DNA of 64,000 bases, taken from Narcine bancroftii (Eukaryota). Where the stretch lies: positions 11,780,001-11,844,000 of the forward strand of contig NC_091470.1 in the NCBI RefSeq assembly GCF_036971445.1, given 5' to 3'. Positions 1 through 9,769 of the stretch are shown piece by piece. Within the stretch, counting starts at the first letter, position 1; each line of letters begins with the position of its first letter. Both the position numbers and the translations under genes were made by a program. The notes below the pieces were generated by a model. That model searched no databases and was not told the DNA's origin. It saw nothing but the letters and a program-made list of their open reading frames with translations.

Positions 1-630
1 ACATCTCCCACGCCCGACAGTGCTCCCGTCTCCTAGATCGTTGTCTTCGCTGGGTGCCTTCCTGCTAGCCTCTCCCCAAACTGTCCTTGCTCACTTCCTC
101 CTGTGCCCTCTCCTTCTAACAGGAAGGTCCCTGCTTGGGAATCGTCATTGCCACCATCGCCTCTGGGTAGGCCTCTCCTCTGGCACGAGGTCAGCTCATT
201 TCACTCTCTCCTCTTGCAACTTTTGCCTTTTTTCACATTTCTTTATCACTTCAACTATCCTGTCTCTTTTGTGGATTCTTACAGCGGGTTTCTACACCTT
301 AACCTCTCTTTTCTAATCTTTCTGACGGGGAGCGCTCCAACCTCACTACTGCCGCCATTTGCCTCTTGACCTATTTATTGTTCATGCAGACAACTTAGAA
401 TAAGTTGCAACCAGAATATACACTTATCTGGCATCTACCATGGGCACCGATACCAGGGGCTTCACTGGACTGACTTTGGGGGCAGTGCTGAGGATCAGGG
501 AGTTTAGAATTAGAGATCTTGTACAGACAACATTATAAAAGGGATAGACGAGAGAGAAGCAGGGTGCCCTCACTAAATTTAGTTGAGAGTTAGACTGATG
601 TTTGCATTGTAGAGAAGTAAGGGTGATGGG

Positions 631-1106
631 TGTCAGAAATAAAACTTCTCACACATGAGTCTCTTTAAAACTGATGACACGACAAGCTTTATTTACAAGT
701 CTGCAGAGTTGGACTCAACTGGTTTCTCACCAGTTAAGCCCCGATACATACAGTGCATTGATTTTTATACCTTTATTATTTGCCCTTCCCCTTCTTATTA
801 ATACTGTTTTAATTGGTTAGTATTACAAAAACATTCTAAGTATAACTGCATTATTAATTATCACGTTCGTTACGTACGCTGTGAACTCTACATTCATTGA
901 ATTCTGTTTCTCACACTTCTTATCAATCCTTTGTCTCCTGCATGTCTCTCACTATGACCATGAAAAGATAGGTTTAAAAAAACATATTCAGCAGCTCCTT
1001 CTGTCCTTGACTGCTAGTAAACTCTCTGTCCGTTCTGGCTTCCCTGTTTCTGATTAATCATCACATTTTAACTTAAGTCTTTTTAACCTAAATTCTCTAT
1101 ATCACA
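631..1106 (-). repeat. ERV 3' LTR (476 bp)
   Basis: Matches 8463-8939 apart from 2 substitutions and a 1-nt poly-A indel (compared by eye); minus strand reads TGTGAT...TGACA; AATAAA at ~688-693. Confidence 0.97.
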
Positions 1107-1130
1107 ATCCACCCCTTTCTCTCTTTAAAA
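1107..1130 (-). promoter_or_regulatory. Polypurine tract with upstream U-box
   Basis: Minus strand TTTT-AAAGAGAGAAAGGGGTGG-AT directly before the TG of the 3' LTR. Confidence 0.9.
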
Positions 1131-1188
1131 TGTGTTGAATATATGTATAGATATGAATGGGGATTCTAAGCTAGGGAAGAGAAATGTT

Positions 1189-2892
1189 TTATGATACATT
1201 AATCTCACGCTGAAATAAAAGTCTTACAGGGTCTCCCATCCCCCCTGGTTGCATAGCTTGTTCGACCATGGAAATCACCAGGCTGCGTAGATAGGGAATA
1301 ATACAGGGCAAAATAAGTAGGAGGAATAAAATACCTCCGATGACCCACAAGAAGGTACGCCACCAGGTTCCTCCAAACCATTTGTCCATCCAATTAAATT
1401 GTGGGAAAGGATGCCAGGTTTGAACCGGTACATGGGACAATGTACGAATATTATCAGCGATTTTACGAACGGCTTTTCCATTATCATCAATCTGTAAGCA
1501 GCAGTTAGTCAAATTAAGTTTGCCACATACACCTCCTTCCGTGGCTAGGAGATAGTCTAGGGCTAGACGGTTCTGATATATAGCAGAGCGCATTTGACCT
1601 TGCTGGGATGCAAGTAATTGCAGGGCTATAGCTGTTTGATTTGTAACAATTTCAAGCACTGCTTGTAAGCGAATTATGCGATTTAACATATATATAGGAG
1701 TACGATAACCCCAAGATCCATCTTGAGCCCATGTAGCGGGACCATAATATTGAATTATGCGCTCTGGAGGCCAATCATCTCTCCATTCTCCCAAATGTAC
1801 CGTGGTAGAGCGGGGTTCACGATGTAATGTATCAAAGACCTTCACGCCTAATTTATGACCGTGATCGTGGGGTAGAAGGAAAAATTCTGGGCGGATTATT
1901 CCTAGGAAACAAGTTCCACTCCACTGTGAGGGAAGACGAGTATAAGCTTTATTACCACATACCCAGAATAATCCATTTGGGGATACTCCATACCCCCTTT
2001 CCCAAACTCTTCTAAGAACAGGATTTGATTGGTATGGTCCTGTGATGGTGGAAGTGGTACAATTCCAAAACTGAATACTGCTATTAGACAGGGGTAGGCA
2101 ATTAGTTTTAAAAACAGTGGATAAGAACCAAGTCTGAGGTTTAGGAAACCAAGTGAAAACACCAGGCGAAATGCGAATCCATACAGCCTTGCAGGGACTT
2201 TCTCCTACTGGGTATTTGCCGGCTCGTGAGAGACAATAAAAACCAGAGGGGACGTTAGAGAGAGACCAGGTTTCTCTTGATCTCGTTCGGTTAGTTGTCC
2301 AAATGCGGGAAATCATGGTCAATGAATTGAGAGGTTCTCCCCACCAAGGCCATTGTTCTGACATCCGTGGACCCCCGCAGACCCAACAATTGGTTACATT
2401 AAAAGTTCCTGCAATTTTAGTTGCCAGATCTACAAAAAGGTTATCTCCCCCAATTGCATTACCGAAACTTACATGGTTATTTGGATGGACTCGAACTAAG
2501 TCCGGCTGTCTTAAAGGGACAGGCAATCTCGAGTGTGGAGTGTAACTTCTCATTGGAACAGTACGTTGGTGTATGCAAAACCAGAGTCCATCAGGGCATG
2601 GTGGGCTTGAGTCACCTTTCCAACCGTTAAGAGGGAAAGGAGTGGTATTAGGAATCTGTATATAATGGCCCATATTATTTCCTTCTTTTTCCACACAAGG
2701 GGTATATGGATGTTGGGTGGTATTTTCTGCCCAGCATTTCTCAGGAACTGAGGTATGGGAAATGAAATTACCTTCCTTTCTTCCCCAAATGTGGTCCTGA
2801 AACAGGACCACTGTATCTCTGCATTTCTTACATTTCACACCTGATAAAGACATAGGCAAACTAAGAAAAATCAAAGAACATAACAATAACAT
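1189..2892 (-). CDS. env: Envelope glycoprotein (567 aa, intact), ERV3/HERV-I-type gamma-class Env
   Basis: Signal peptide MLLLCSLIFLSL; SU CWVC (CxxC); REPR minimal furin site; WPPERIIQYYGPATWAQDGSWGYRTPIYMLNRIIRLQAVLEI block typical of ERV3-like Envs; ISD YQNRLALDYLL; CX7CC; C-terminal TM helix. Confidence 0.95.
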   Translation of the reverse strand: MLLLCSLIFLSLPMSLSGVKCKKCRDTVVLFQDHIWGRKEGNFISHTSVPEKCWAENTTQHPYTPCVEKEGNNMGHYIQIPNTTPFPLNGWKGDSSPPCPDGLWFCIHQRTVPMRSYTPHSRLPVPLRQPDLVRVHPNNHVSFGNAIGGDNLFVDLATKIAGTFNVTNCWVCGGPRMSEQWPWWGEPLNSLTMISRIWTTNRTRSRETWSLSNVPSGFYCLSRAGKYPVGESPCKAVWIRISPGVFTWFPKPQTWFLSTVFKTNCLPLSNSSIQFWNCTTSTITGPYQSNPVLRRVWERGYGVSPNGLFWVCGNKAYTRLPSQWSGTCFLGIIRPEFFLLPHDHGHKLGVKVFDTLHREPRSTTVHLGEWRDDWPPERIIQYYGPATWAQDGSWGYRTPIYMLNRIIRLQAVLEIVTNQTAIALQLLASQQGQMRSAIYQNRLALDYLLATEGGVCGKLNLTNCCLQIDDNGKAVRKIADNIRTLSHVPVQTWHPFPQFNWMDKWFGGTWWRTFLWVIGGILFLLLILPCIIPYLRSLVISMVEQAMQPGGMGDPVRLLFQREINVS

Positions 2893-2898
2893 TGTGAA

Positions 2899-5800
2899 TT
2901 AAGTCTTTTTGCGAAATCGTAAGGTAAGAGGTTTTTCTCCAGGAATACAAGTCCAATCTGAGTTCGTATCAGGGTCCTGTGGCGCCTCTACAGGTCCCTT
3001 AAATCTGGATGCGTGTGTCCACCCCTTCTCTCTTGTTCGTGCTGCAGCTTCTGTAGTTAAGAGAACTTGGTATGGACCTTCCCACTGGGGCTGGAGTTTT
3101 TCAGTCTTCCAGGTCTTGATAAGAATCCAGTCTCCTGGTTCCACTTTGTGTAAAGAAAAGTCTAGAGGCGGTGTTTGTGCCAATAGTCCTCTCTTTCGTA
3201 AATCTGTAAGAGAGCGTGACAGTGCCTGTAAATAGTTCCTAACAAATATATCCCCTTCCCCCAAGGTGGGACACCCCTCAACTGTACTCCAGAAGGGAAG
3301 CCCAAACATCATTTCATAAGGGGACAGCCCTACATCTTTTCGTGGGGCAGTACGAATTCTCAATAAGGCTAGGGGCAGACACTTTATCCAAGGCATTTTA
3401 GTTTCCACCATTAACTTTGTCAATTGGATTTTTAGTGTTCCATTCATACGTTCGACCTTCCCTGAGCTTTGTGGATGCCAAGGGGTATGTAATTTCCAAG
3501 AGACCTGTAATGCATCACAAATCAATTGCTGGATTTTTGAAGAAAAATGTGGACCCCTGTCTGAGTCTATAGAATCCATTATACCATATCTGGGGATTAT
3601 CTGCTCTAGGAGGAGGCGAGCTACTGTAGAGGCTGTAGTATTTATTGTTGGGAAGGCTTCTACCCATCGGGTAAAGTGATCTATTATCACCAACAGATAT
3701 TTCCATCTTTGAACTTGAGGTAACTCTGTGAAGTCGATCTGGATACGTTGAAAAGGGCGTATGGCTAATGGTTGACCTCCCATGGTCCCTGTCCTCATTA
3801 TCTTCTTATTAATTTTTGTGCATAGGTAACAATTTTGCACCTCTTGTTGGGCCAAGGTGTAGATTCCTTTACACACATATTCTCGAAGCACTGTGTCACA
3901 TAAGGCTTGGGTGCCCCAGTGGCTCTGTTGATGCAGGTGTTTTAAAATATTGCGAGTTATTTCTTTATTTAGAACAATTCTTCCATCTGGTGTTTTCCAT
4001 GTTCCATCAGGTAACTGGCTTGCGCCCAGCTGATCCATGTTCTTTTCTTCCTTAGCAGTGAAAATGGGAGCTGTCTTTATGCCTTGCCTTATTGGGATTA
4101 AAGTCAGCAAACGGACTTCTTGTTGCATGGCTGCTCTTTTGGCTTCTTCATCAGCCAGTCTGTTTCCAATTGCTGTCGGGTTATCTCCCCTTTGATGGCT
4201 TGGTATGTAGACCACTGCTATTTCTTGGGGTAATGTTAAGGCTTCTAGAGTCAGAGTAATCATCTGTTCGTGTGCCAATTCCTTTCCTCTTGATGTAATT
4301 AGACCACGCTCCTTCCAGATCTTACCAAAGGTATGCACTACTCCGTATGCGTATTTGGAATCTGTGTAAATCGTTCCAATTTTCTTTGCCAGTATTCTGA
4401 GGACTCTCTGCAAGGCATATAGTTCACAGGATTGTGCTGACCAGCTTCCGGGTAGTCTCGTGGATTCTACTACTTTCCAAGTATTTCCTTCTATTATAGC
4501 ATACCCATTTCTTCTCATTCCGTCAACACATCTGGCGGAGCCATCAATGTAGAATTCATATCCTTCTCCCAGCGGAGTATCGCAAAGGTCTTCTCGGGTC
4601 TTGGTCTGAAGATCTGTCAACTCGACACAGTCATGCTCCACCTCTTTCTCTGTTTCACTGCCGTATAAAAATTGAGCTGGGTTGCAGCTATTAATTTTTG
4701 CAAACTGTAAATCTTCTCCAACCATTAAAATGGTTTCATACTTTAATATGCGAGAATCAGTCAGCCATCGATGGGCAGTTTGTGTTAATAAAACACTCAC
4801 AGAATGGGAGGTGTACACAGTCATCTTTCCTCCAAAAGTAAGTTTACGTGCTTCCTCTACCAACAGAGCAGCAGCCGCTACTCCCTGGATACACGTCGGC
4901 CATCCGCGAGACACTGGGTCCATCATTTTGGAAAGGAAAGCTACTGGGTGTCGCTGACCGCCTTTTTCCTGTGTTAAAACTCCCACAGCTGTTCCTTGGT
5001 TATGAGTGACAAATAGCTGGAAGGGCTGTTTTAAAGAGGGCAGAGTGAGCACTGGGGCTCGTGTTAGGCAATGTTTCAAGTCCTCGAACCATCCCTCCTC
5101 CTCCTGGGTCCATTTCAATGGATAGTCATTTTCATTTGTCAGTTTATCATACATAAACTTCACCAAAGCTGAGTAGTCCTCTATCCATAACCTAGACTAT
5201 CCTAAGAGTCCCAGGAATTGTCTTATTTCCTTCTTATTACGGGGTAAAGGCATTCTAGTGATTCCCGCAATTCGTTCAGGGGTAATCCGTTTCTGTCCTT
5301 TACTTATCTGGTGTCCCAGATATATCACAGTTTTCTCAACAAACTGTAACTTGTTTCTGGACACTCGTAGACCCTTTTTCCCCAGATAATTCAAGAGTCT
5401 AATGGTCTCTCTCCTCATTTCTTGTTCCTTGGGTCCTGATAATAGTAAATCATCCACATACTGCATTAGTTGGGAATCATCAGATTGTGGATAGTCCATC
5501 AGGATTTGTTCTAGCATTTGTCCAAACAGGTTTGGAGATTCAGTGAACCCTTGGGGCAATACAGTCCACCGAAACTGTCTCCGTCTACCTGTCCATGGAT
5601 TTTCCCATTCAAACGCAAACATATCTCTACTTTCCTCTTCTAACGGACAAGTCCAGAAGGCATCCTTTAAGTCGATAACACTAAACCACTCATGGTCTGG
5701 GGGAATCCGACTCATAATAGTATAGGGATTAGGCACCACTGGGTGGCGGGTCTGAACAATAGCATTCAAACTTCTTAGATCCTGAACTAGGCGATAGGAT

Positions 5801-6426
5801 CCATCTGACTTTTTTACTGGGAGTATAGGGGTGTTATAAGGTGACATGCATTCTTCTAATAGTCCGTCTCGTATTAAAGTCTCAATTACCGGCTGTAGCC
5901 CTTTTCTCCCTTCCAAAGAAATAGGATACTGACGTTTCCTTACCGGCTGATGACCTGGTATTAATGTGACATGTAAAGGTGGGATGTCCAGACCTCCTCG
6001 ATTTCCCTCCTTATACCAGACTCTCTCGTCAATCTGCCGTTCATCCTCTTCCTTTAAAGCGCAGAGGTGGACTCGCACTTCTCCGTCCACAGGGAGAGCA
6101 CCCAAACCTAGGAGAGCCTGTAAGTCCCTTCCTAGGAGGTTAAATCCAGCCGAAGGTAATAACAAGAGGTCTTGTACCCCTTCTCTTTCTTCCAGTTTCA
6201 CTGTTACTTGGGGAATTATTGATACCATTCTGGGAGCCCCTTCTATCCCAGAAATTGTCAAATTACTTTTTATAGGCTCAGTTCCGATTGGCACAGTTAT
6301 TACACTACTTCGTTCCGCTCCTGTGTCCACCATAAACACCACCTCTTCTCCCTTGGGACCAATTTTTAGTTTTACCAGGGGTTCCCTCTTATATTTGGTC
6401 CCTAACATTTGGAACCCCTGACACCC
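2899..6426 (-). pseudogene. pol: pro-pol (PR-RT-RNaseH-IN), in frame with gag, with one premature TAG at 5197-5199
   Basis: PR VDTGA; RT LPQGF and YVDD; RNase H IDGS/YTDS/NRLAD; IN HHCC, IDFT/DSDRG/VERMN (DDE), GPY module. ORFs 5197..6408 and 2899..5166 share one frame: FLGLLG*SRLWIEDYSALVK, with the stop at the conserved Tyr of GYxRLWI. Confidence 0.93.
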
Positions 6427-6429
6427 CTA
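6355..6429 (-). promoter_or_regulatory. gag UAG readthrough signal with predicted H-type pseudoknot
   Basis: UAG-GGG-UGU, then stem1 CAGGGGUUCC(6420-6411)/GGAACCCCUG(6385-6376); loop GGGACCAA(6402-6395) pairs with UUGGUCCC(6362-6355). Confidence 0.8.
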
Positions 6430-7917
6430 ATCTTCTTCCATAAGTTCGAGGGCACGCAATTCCCTCTTGTATCGGGGGCATTCCCTCTTAAAGTGTCCTT
6501 CCTCATTGCAGTAATAGCACTTAACGAACCTCCGGGGTCTTCCCTCTCTTGGATATTTTGGATTGTTTAGAGGAAGGTTTTGTTTTCTTTCCCCTCTGGA
6601 TTCAGCATTCATCTGTCGGATAGTCTGTACCATAACCTTTGTCGCCTTCTTTTGATCTTCTTCTTCTCTCTGCACATATACTTTTTGTGCCTTTTTTAAC
6701 AGTTCACTTAGGGGTTTTTCACTCCAGTCCTCCTCCTTTTCTAGTTTCTTTCTAATGTCTTGCCATGATTTGGAAACAAATTCAATTCGAATAAGCTGTT
6801 CACCCATTGGTGTACTAGGGTCCACACCAGCATACTGTTGGACATTCTTTCTCACCCTCTCCAAAAAATCAGTAGGGGACTCGTCTTTCCCCTGGTGGTT
6901 CCCAAATGCCTTGGTAAAATTGTGACCCTTTGGCCCAGCCTCCCGTATCCCTTTAATTGTCCACTCTCTATATTGTCTCATACTTGCCAATCCCTCGGGT
7001 GTTCGTTTGTCCCACCTGGGTTCATTTAAGGGATATTTTTGTTCATGGGGTCTAGGGTCCCCAGGTTGTTCATATTCCCACATGAGGAGGGCAGCCCGTC
7101 GAATCATCTGCCTCTCCTGGGGTGAAAATAATGTTCCCATTATTGCCTGCATCTCTTCCCACATATATGTGTTTGGTCCCAAGAATTGGTCAAGCTGTTC
7201 AGCCAGTCCTATAGGATCTTCCAATAACTTTTTCATTTCTTTCTTAAATCCCCGCACCTCTGTACTAGTTAGGGGAACATTCACATATCCCGTTCCCCCT
7301 CCCGGTCCTCCCATAGGAACTTCTCTCAGGGGATTTAGGTTTATTGAAAACTTTGATGGTCCTGGACCAGTCTGGGATCTTGTCCAGGGTCGGTTTACCG
7401 GTGGAAGTTTAGGGTCCGACTCCCTTAATTCCTCCTTTTTATCCCGGCCCCCTTCGGGGCAATCAGATTCATCACCTTTCCCCTCCGGTAATAAGCTTTC
7501 CTCGGGCGCAGTAGGCACCGGGGGAATATAAGGAGGGGGAAGGTTGTCCAGAGGTTCCCATTTCTTTTCTCCTGCCACTCTCAATTTAAAACATTCTGTT
7601 AAGGATCCTGGCCAGGGAACCCAACAAAATGCATATGCTGACTCTTCTTGATTCACCTTTGGTCTCGAATTTACATATATGTTTAATGCTTGTCTAACCC
7701 AATCCTCATCAGATCCAAATTTCGGCCACCAGACCGAGGAACCTTTAATAGGTTGTTTTGACCAAAGGAGACAATATTGGACCATCTTTTTCTTGTTTTT
7801 GTCCCGATATCTTTTACTATCCCAATTTTCAAACATTCTCCCCAAAGGGCTGTCAAGGGGTACTCCCAGGAATTGTCCTGAATTTTCAGACGAGCCCTTA
7901 GATTTTGATCCTCCCAT
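6427..7917 (-). CDS. gag: Gag polyprotein (496 aa, intact)
   Basis: MGGSKSK myristoylation start; PPPY and PTAP late domains; MHR QGKDESPTDFLERV; single CCHC knuckle CYYCNEEGHFKREC; ends in TAG in frame with pro. Confidence 0.96.
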   Translation of the reverse strand: MGGSKSKGSSENSGQFLGVPLDSPLGRMFENWDSKRYRDKNKKKMVQYCLLWSKQPIKGSSVWWPKFGSDEDWVRQALNIYVNSRPKVNQEESAYAFCWVPWPGSLTECFKLRVAGEKKWEPLDNLPPPYIPPVPTAPEESLLPEGKGDESDCPEGGRDKKEELRESDPKLPPVNRPWTRSQTGPGPSKFSINLNPLREVPMGGPGGGTGYVNVPLTSTEVRGFKKEMKKLLEDPIGLAEQLDQFLGPNTYMWEEMQAIMGTLFSPQERQMIRRAALLMWEYEQPGDPRPHEQKYPLNEPRWDKRTPEGLASMRQYREWTIKGIREAGPKGHNFTKAFGNHQGKDESPTDFLERVRKNVQQYAGVDPSTPMGEQLIRIEFVSKSWQDIRKKLEKEEDWSEKPLSELLKKAQKVYVQREEEDQKKATKVMVQTIRQMNAESRGERKQNLPLNNPKYPREGRPRRFVKCYYCNEEGHFKRECPRYKRELRALELMEED

Positions 7918-7991
7918 TTTCCCACCTAGATCTGTTTATCGTTGCTGAGGACCCTCTCGCTCTGGACCCTACTCCCTTCCTCTCAGACGCC

Positions 7992-8116
7992 TCGTCGGAG
8001 GTGCTGTCCCTCCTTCGGTTACCGCTGAGGTTTTCCTGGGGTCGACCCCTCTCTTCTCGGCACTTCGTCGGAGGTGCTGTCCCTCCTTCGGTTACCGCCG
8101 AGGTTTCCCTGGGGTC
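7992..8116 (-). repeat. 52-bp direct duplication in the ERV leader (candidate packaging stem-loops)
   Basis: Copies at 7992-8043 and 8065-8116 with 2 mismatches; each has a hairpin containing CGACG on the minus strand. Confidence 0.7.
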
Positions 8117-8253
8117 TATCCTAGAGTCCCGCGACAGGGTCCTCACACAACGACAAAAGATCTATACTTAATCTATTCCGTTAGGTTTTTATCCAAACAG
8201 GTGTATCCCGTTACACCTGTTACCCAATCCCCACACCACAATCGTAAGTCGTC

Positions 8254-8261
8254 ACTTACCG
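8254..8261 (-). promoter_or_regulatory. Probable major splice donor for env mRNA
   Basis: CG|GTAAGT consensus donor between the PBS and the gag ATG. Confidence 0.7.
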
Positions 8262-8442
8262 GTGTCTTCCCGGGGATTGAACCGTCACCCTTCTCCTCTC
8301 CGTCTTGTCGTGTCACCCTGTCCGGATACCACTCGCTCAAGCCGCCCGAAGCGACGAGCAAGGGACTAGGAGCCGCTGAACTCAGCGGGGTGCACCGCCT
8401 CCGATGTCCCTCTTCTCGCCTCCCCTCACGGCCGGAGTGTAG

Positions 8443-8460
8443 ATCCCGGACGAGCCCCCA
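8443..8460 (-). promoter_or_regulatory. Primer binding site, tRNA-Pro
   Basis: TGGGGGCTCGTCCGGGAT, the 18-mer known as the MLV PBS-Pro, 2 nt after the 5' LTR. Confidence 0.95.
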
Positions 8461-8462
8461 TT

Positions 8463-8939
8463 TGTCAGAAATAAAACTTCTCACACATGAGTCTCTTTAA
8501 AACTGATGACACGACAAGCTTTATTTACAAGTCTGCAGAGTTGGACTCAACTGGTTTCTCACCAGTTAAGCCCCGATACATACAGTGCATTGATTTTTAT
8601 ACCTTTATTATTTGCCCTTCCCCTTCTTATTAATACTGTTTTAATTGGTTAGTATTACAAAAACATTCTAAGTATAACTGCATTATTAATGATCACGTTC
8701 GTTACGTACGCTGTGAACTCTACATTCACTGAATTCTGTTTCTCACACTTCTTATCAATCCTTTGTCTCCTGCATGTCTCTCACTATGACCATGAAAAGA
8801 TAGGTTTAAAAAAAACATATTCAGCAGCTCCTTCTGTCCTTGACTGCTAGTAAACTCTCTGTCCGTTCTGGCTTCCCTGTTTCTGATTAATCATCACATT
8901 TTAACTTAAGTCTTTTTAACCTAAATTCTCTATATCACA
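8463..8939 (-). repeat. ERV 5' LTR (477 bp): CCAAT (~8644-8648), TATAAAA (8601-8595), R hairpin (8573-8543), AATAAA (~8525-8520)
   Basis: Near-identical to 631-1106; motifs read directly on the minus strand. Confidence 0.97.
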
Positions 8940-9769
8940 ATGGGGGCAAGTGAGTATGTGGAACGGCCACGGCTGTGATTTACTGCTCATTCACTGTATG
9001 TGTCTGTCCAGCAGCCCTTTCTGCGTCCACCACGAGTTCTGGCAGCCCATTCCAGGCACCTACCACTGTCTGTGTGAACAAAATTGGACCCCCCCCCCCC
9101 CCCAACCTTCTCCGTCACCTTAAATACGTCCTTTCTTGTGCGAAATCTTTACCCTGGCCCTACATAATAGAATCCTTTCCGAGACACCTAGTGTCCGTGG
9201 ATTCACCTCCAGCCTCACGCAGCCTCTGCAGCCGCACAGACTCCTGTTTGATCCATCGGCCGCCCGAGCTCCAGATCCAAACCTCCAACACCATCAGGAA
9301 GCCTTCAGCGACCAAGGCCCTTCTTGCCCTCATCACCCTCTCGAATCCCGGCTCCGATACCTGGACCCATGGACCAGTCTCCAGCAGCCCGCAGTCCGTG
9401 CGGGTCCCCTGGCTGCGTCACCTCCATTCCGCAGCCTGTGTGGAGCCTTCAGTGCAAGAGCCCCTCCCTGGCCCTCTGCTGTAGTCGTCGACCTGGCAGA
9501 TCATTTCCTCTGCTTCTGGAGTTCTTCCCCTTTCAGCTGCCCTTCACAAGTCTGCTGCTCCTCCAGACGCTGCCATCCCTCCTGCAGCACTGGTGCCGCC
9601 AACTTGGCGCAGACCCCGAGGTTGCAGGATTAAACAAAACACCGTTAGTTCATTTCCAAAGCTGTTTAAAGTCTGTAAAGAGTAGAATAAAGATGGGGTA
9701 GCAGGACCCTGCAGAGCAGAGCTGTGTGTCTCCCAGGTCCACAGCACTTCTACTTTTCTCACAGTCCCG

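Larger units (their letters stand above)
631..8939 (-). mobile_element. Full-length class I (gamma-type, HERV-I/ERV3-like) endogenous retrovirus, LTR-gag-pro-pol-env-LTR, 8309 bp
   Basis: Paired TG...CA LTRs, 5-bp TSD ATGGG (626-630 and 8940-8944), PBS-Pro, PPT, and gag/pol/env ORFs in canonical order. Confidence 0.97.

Noticed and set aside
1-630. Short ORFs left of the provirus
   Set aside because: No recognisable motifs or splice structure; probably decayed repeat sequence
1189-2892. env as a domesticated syncytin-like gene
   Set aside because: gag and the LTRs are equally intact, so youth explains the open frame; no evidence of selective retention
7898-8484. Leader ORFs as glyco-Gag or accessory genes
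   Set aside because: An in-frame TAA lies 7 codons upstream of the gag ATG (7936-7938); other leader ORFs have no recognisable features; only ~60 nt separate env and the PPT, leaving no room for 3' accessory genes
8945-9700. GC-rich ORFs between the 5' LTR and the VNTR as a divergent gene
   Set aside because: No recognisable protein or convincing splice sites; the sequence looks like repeat remnants
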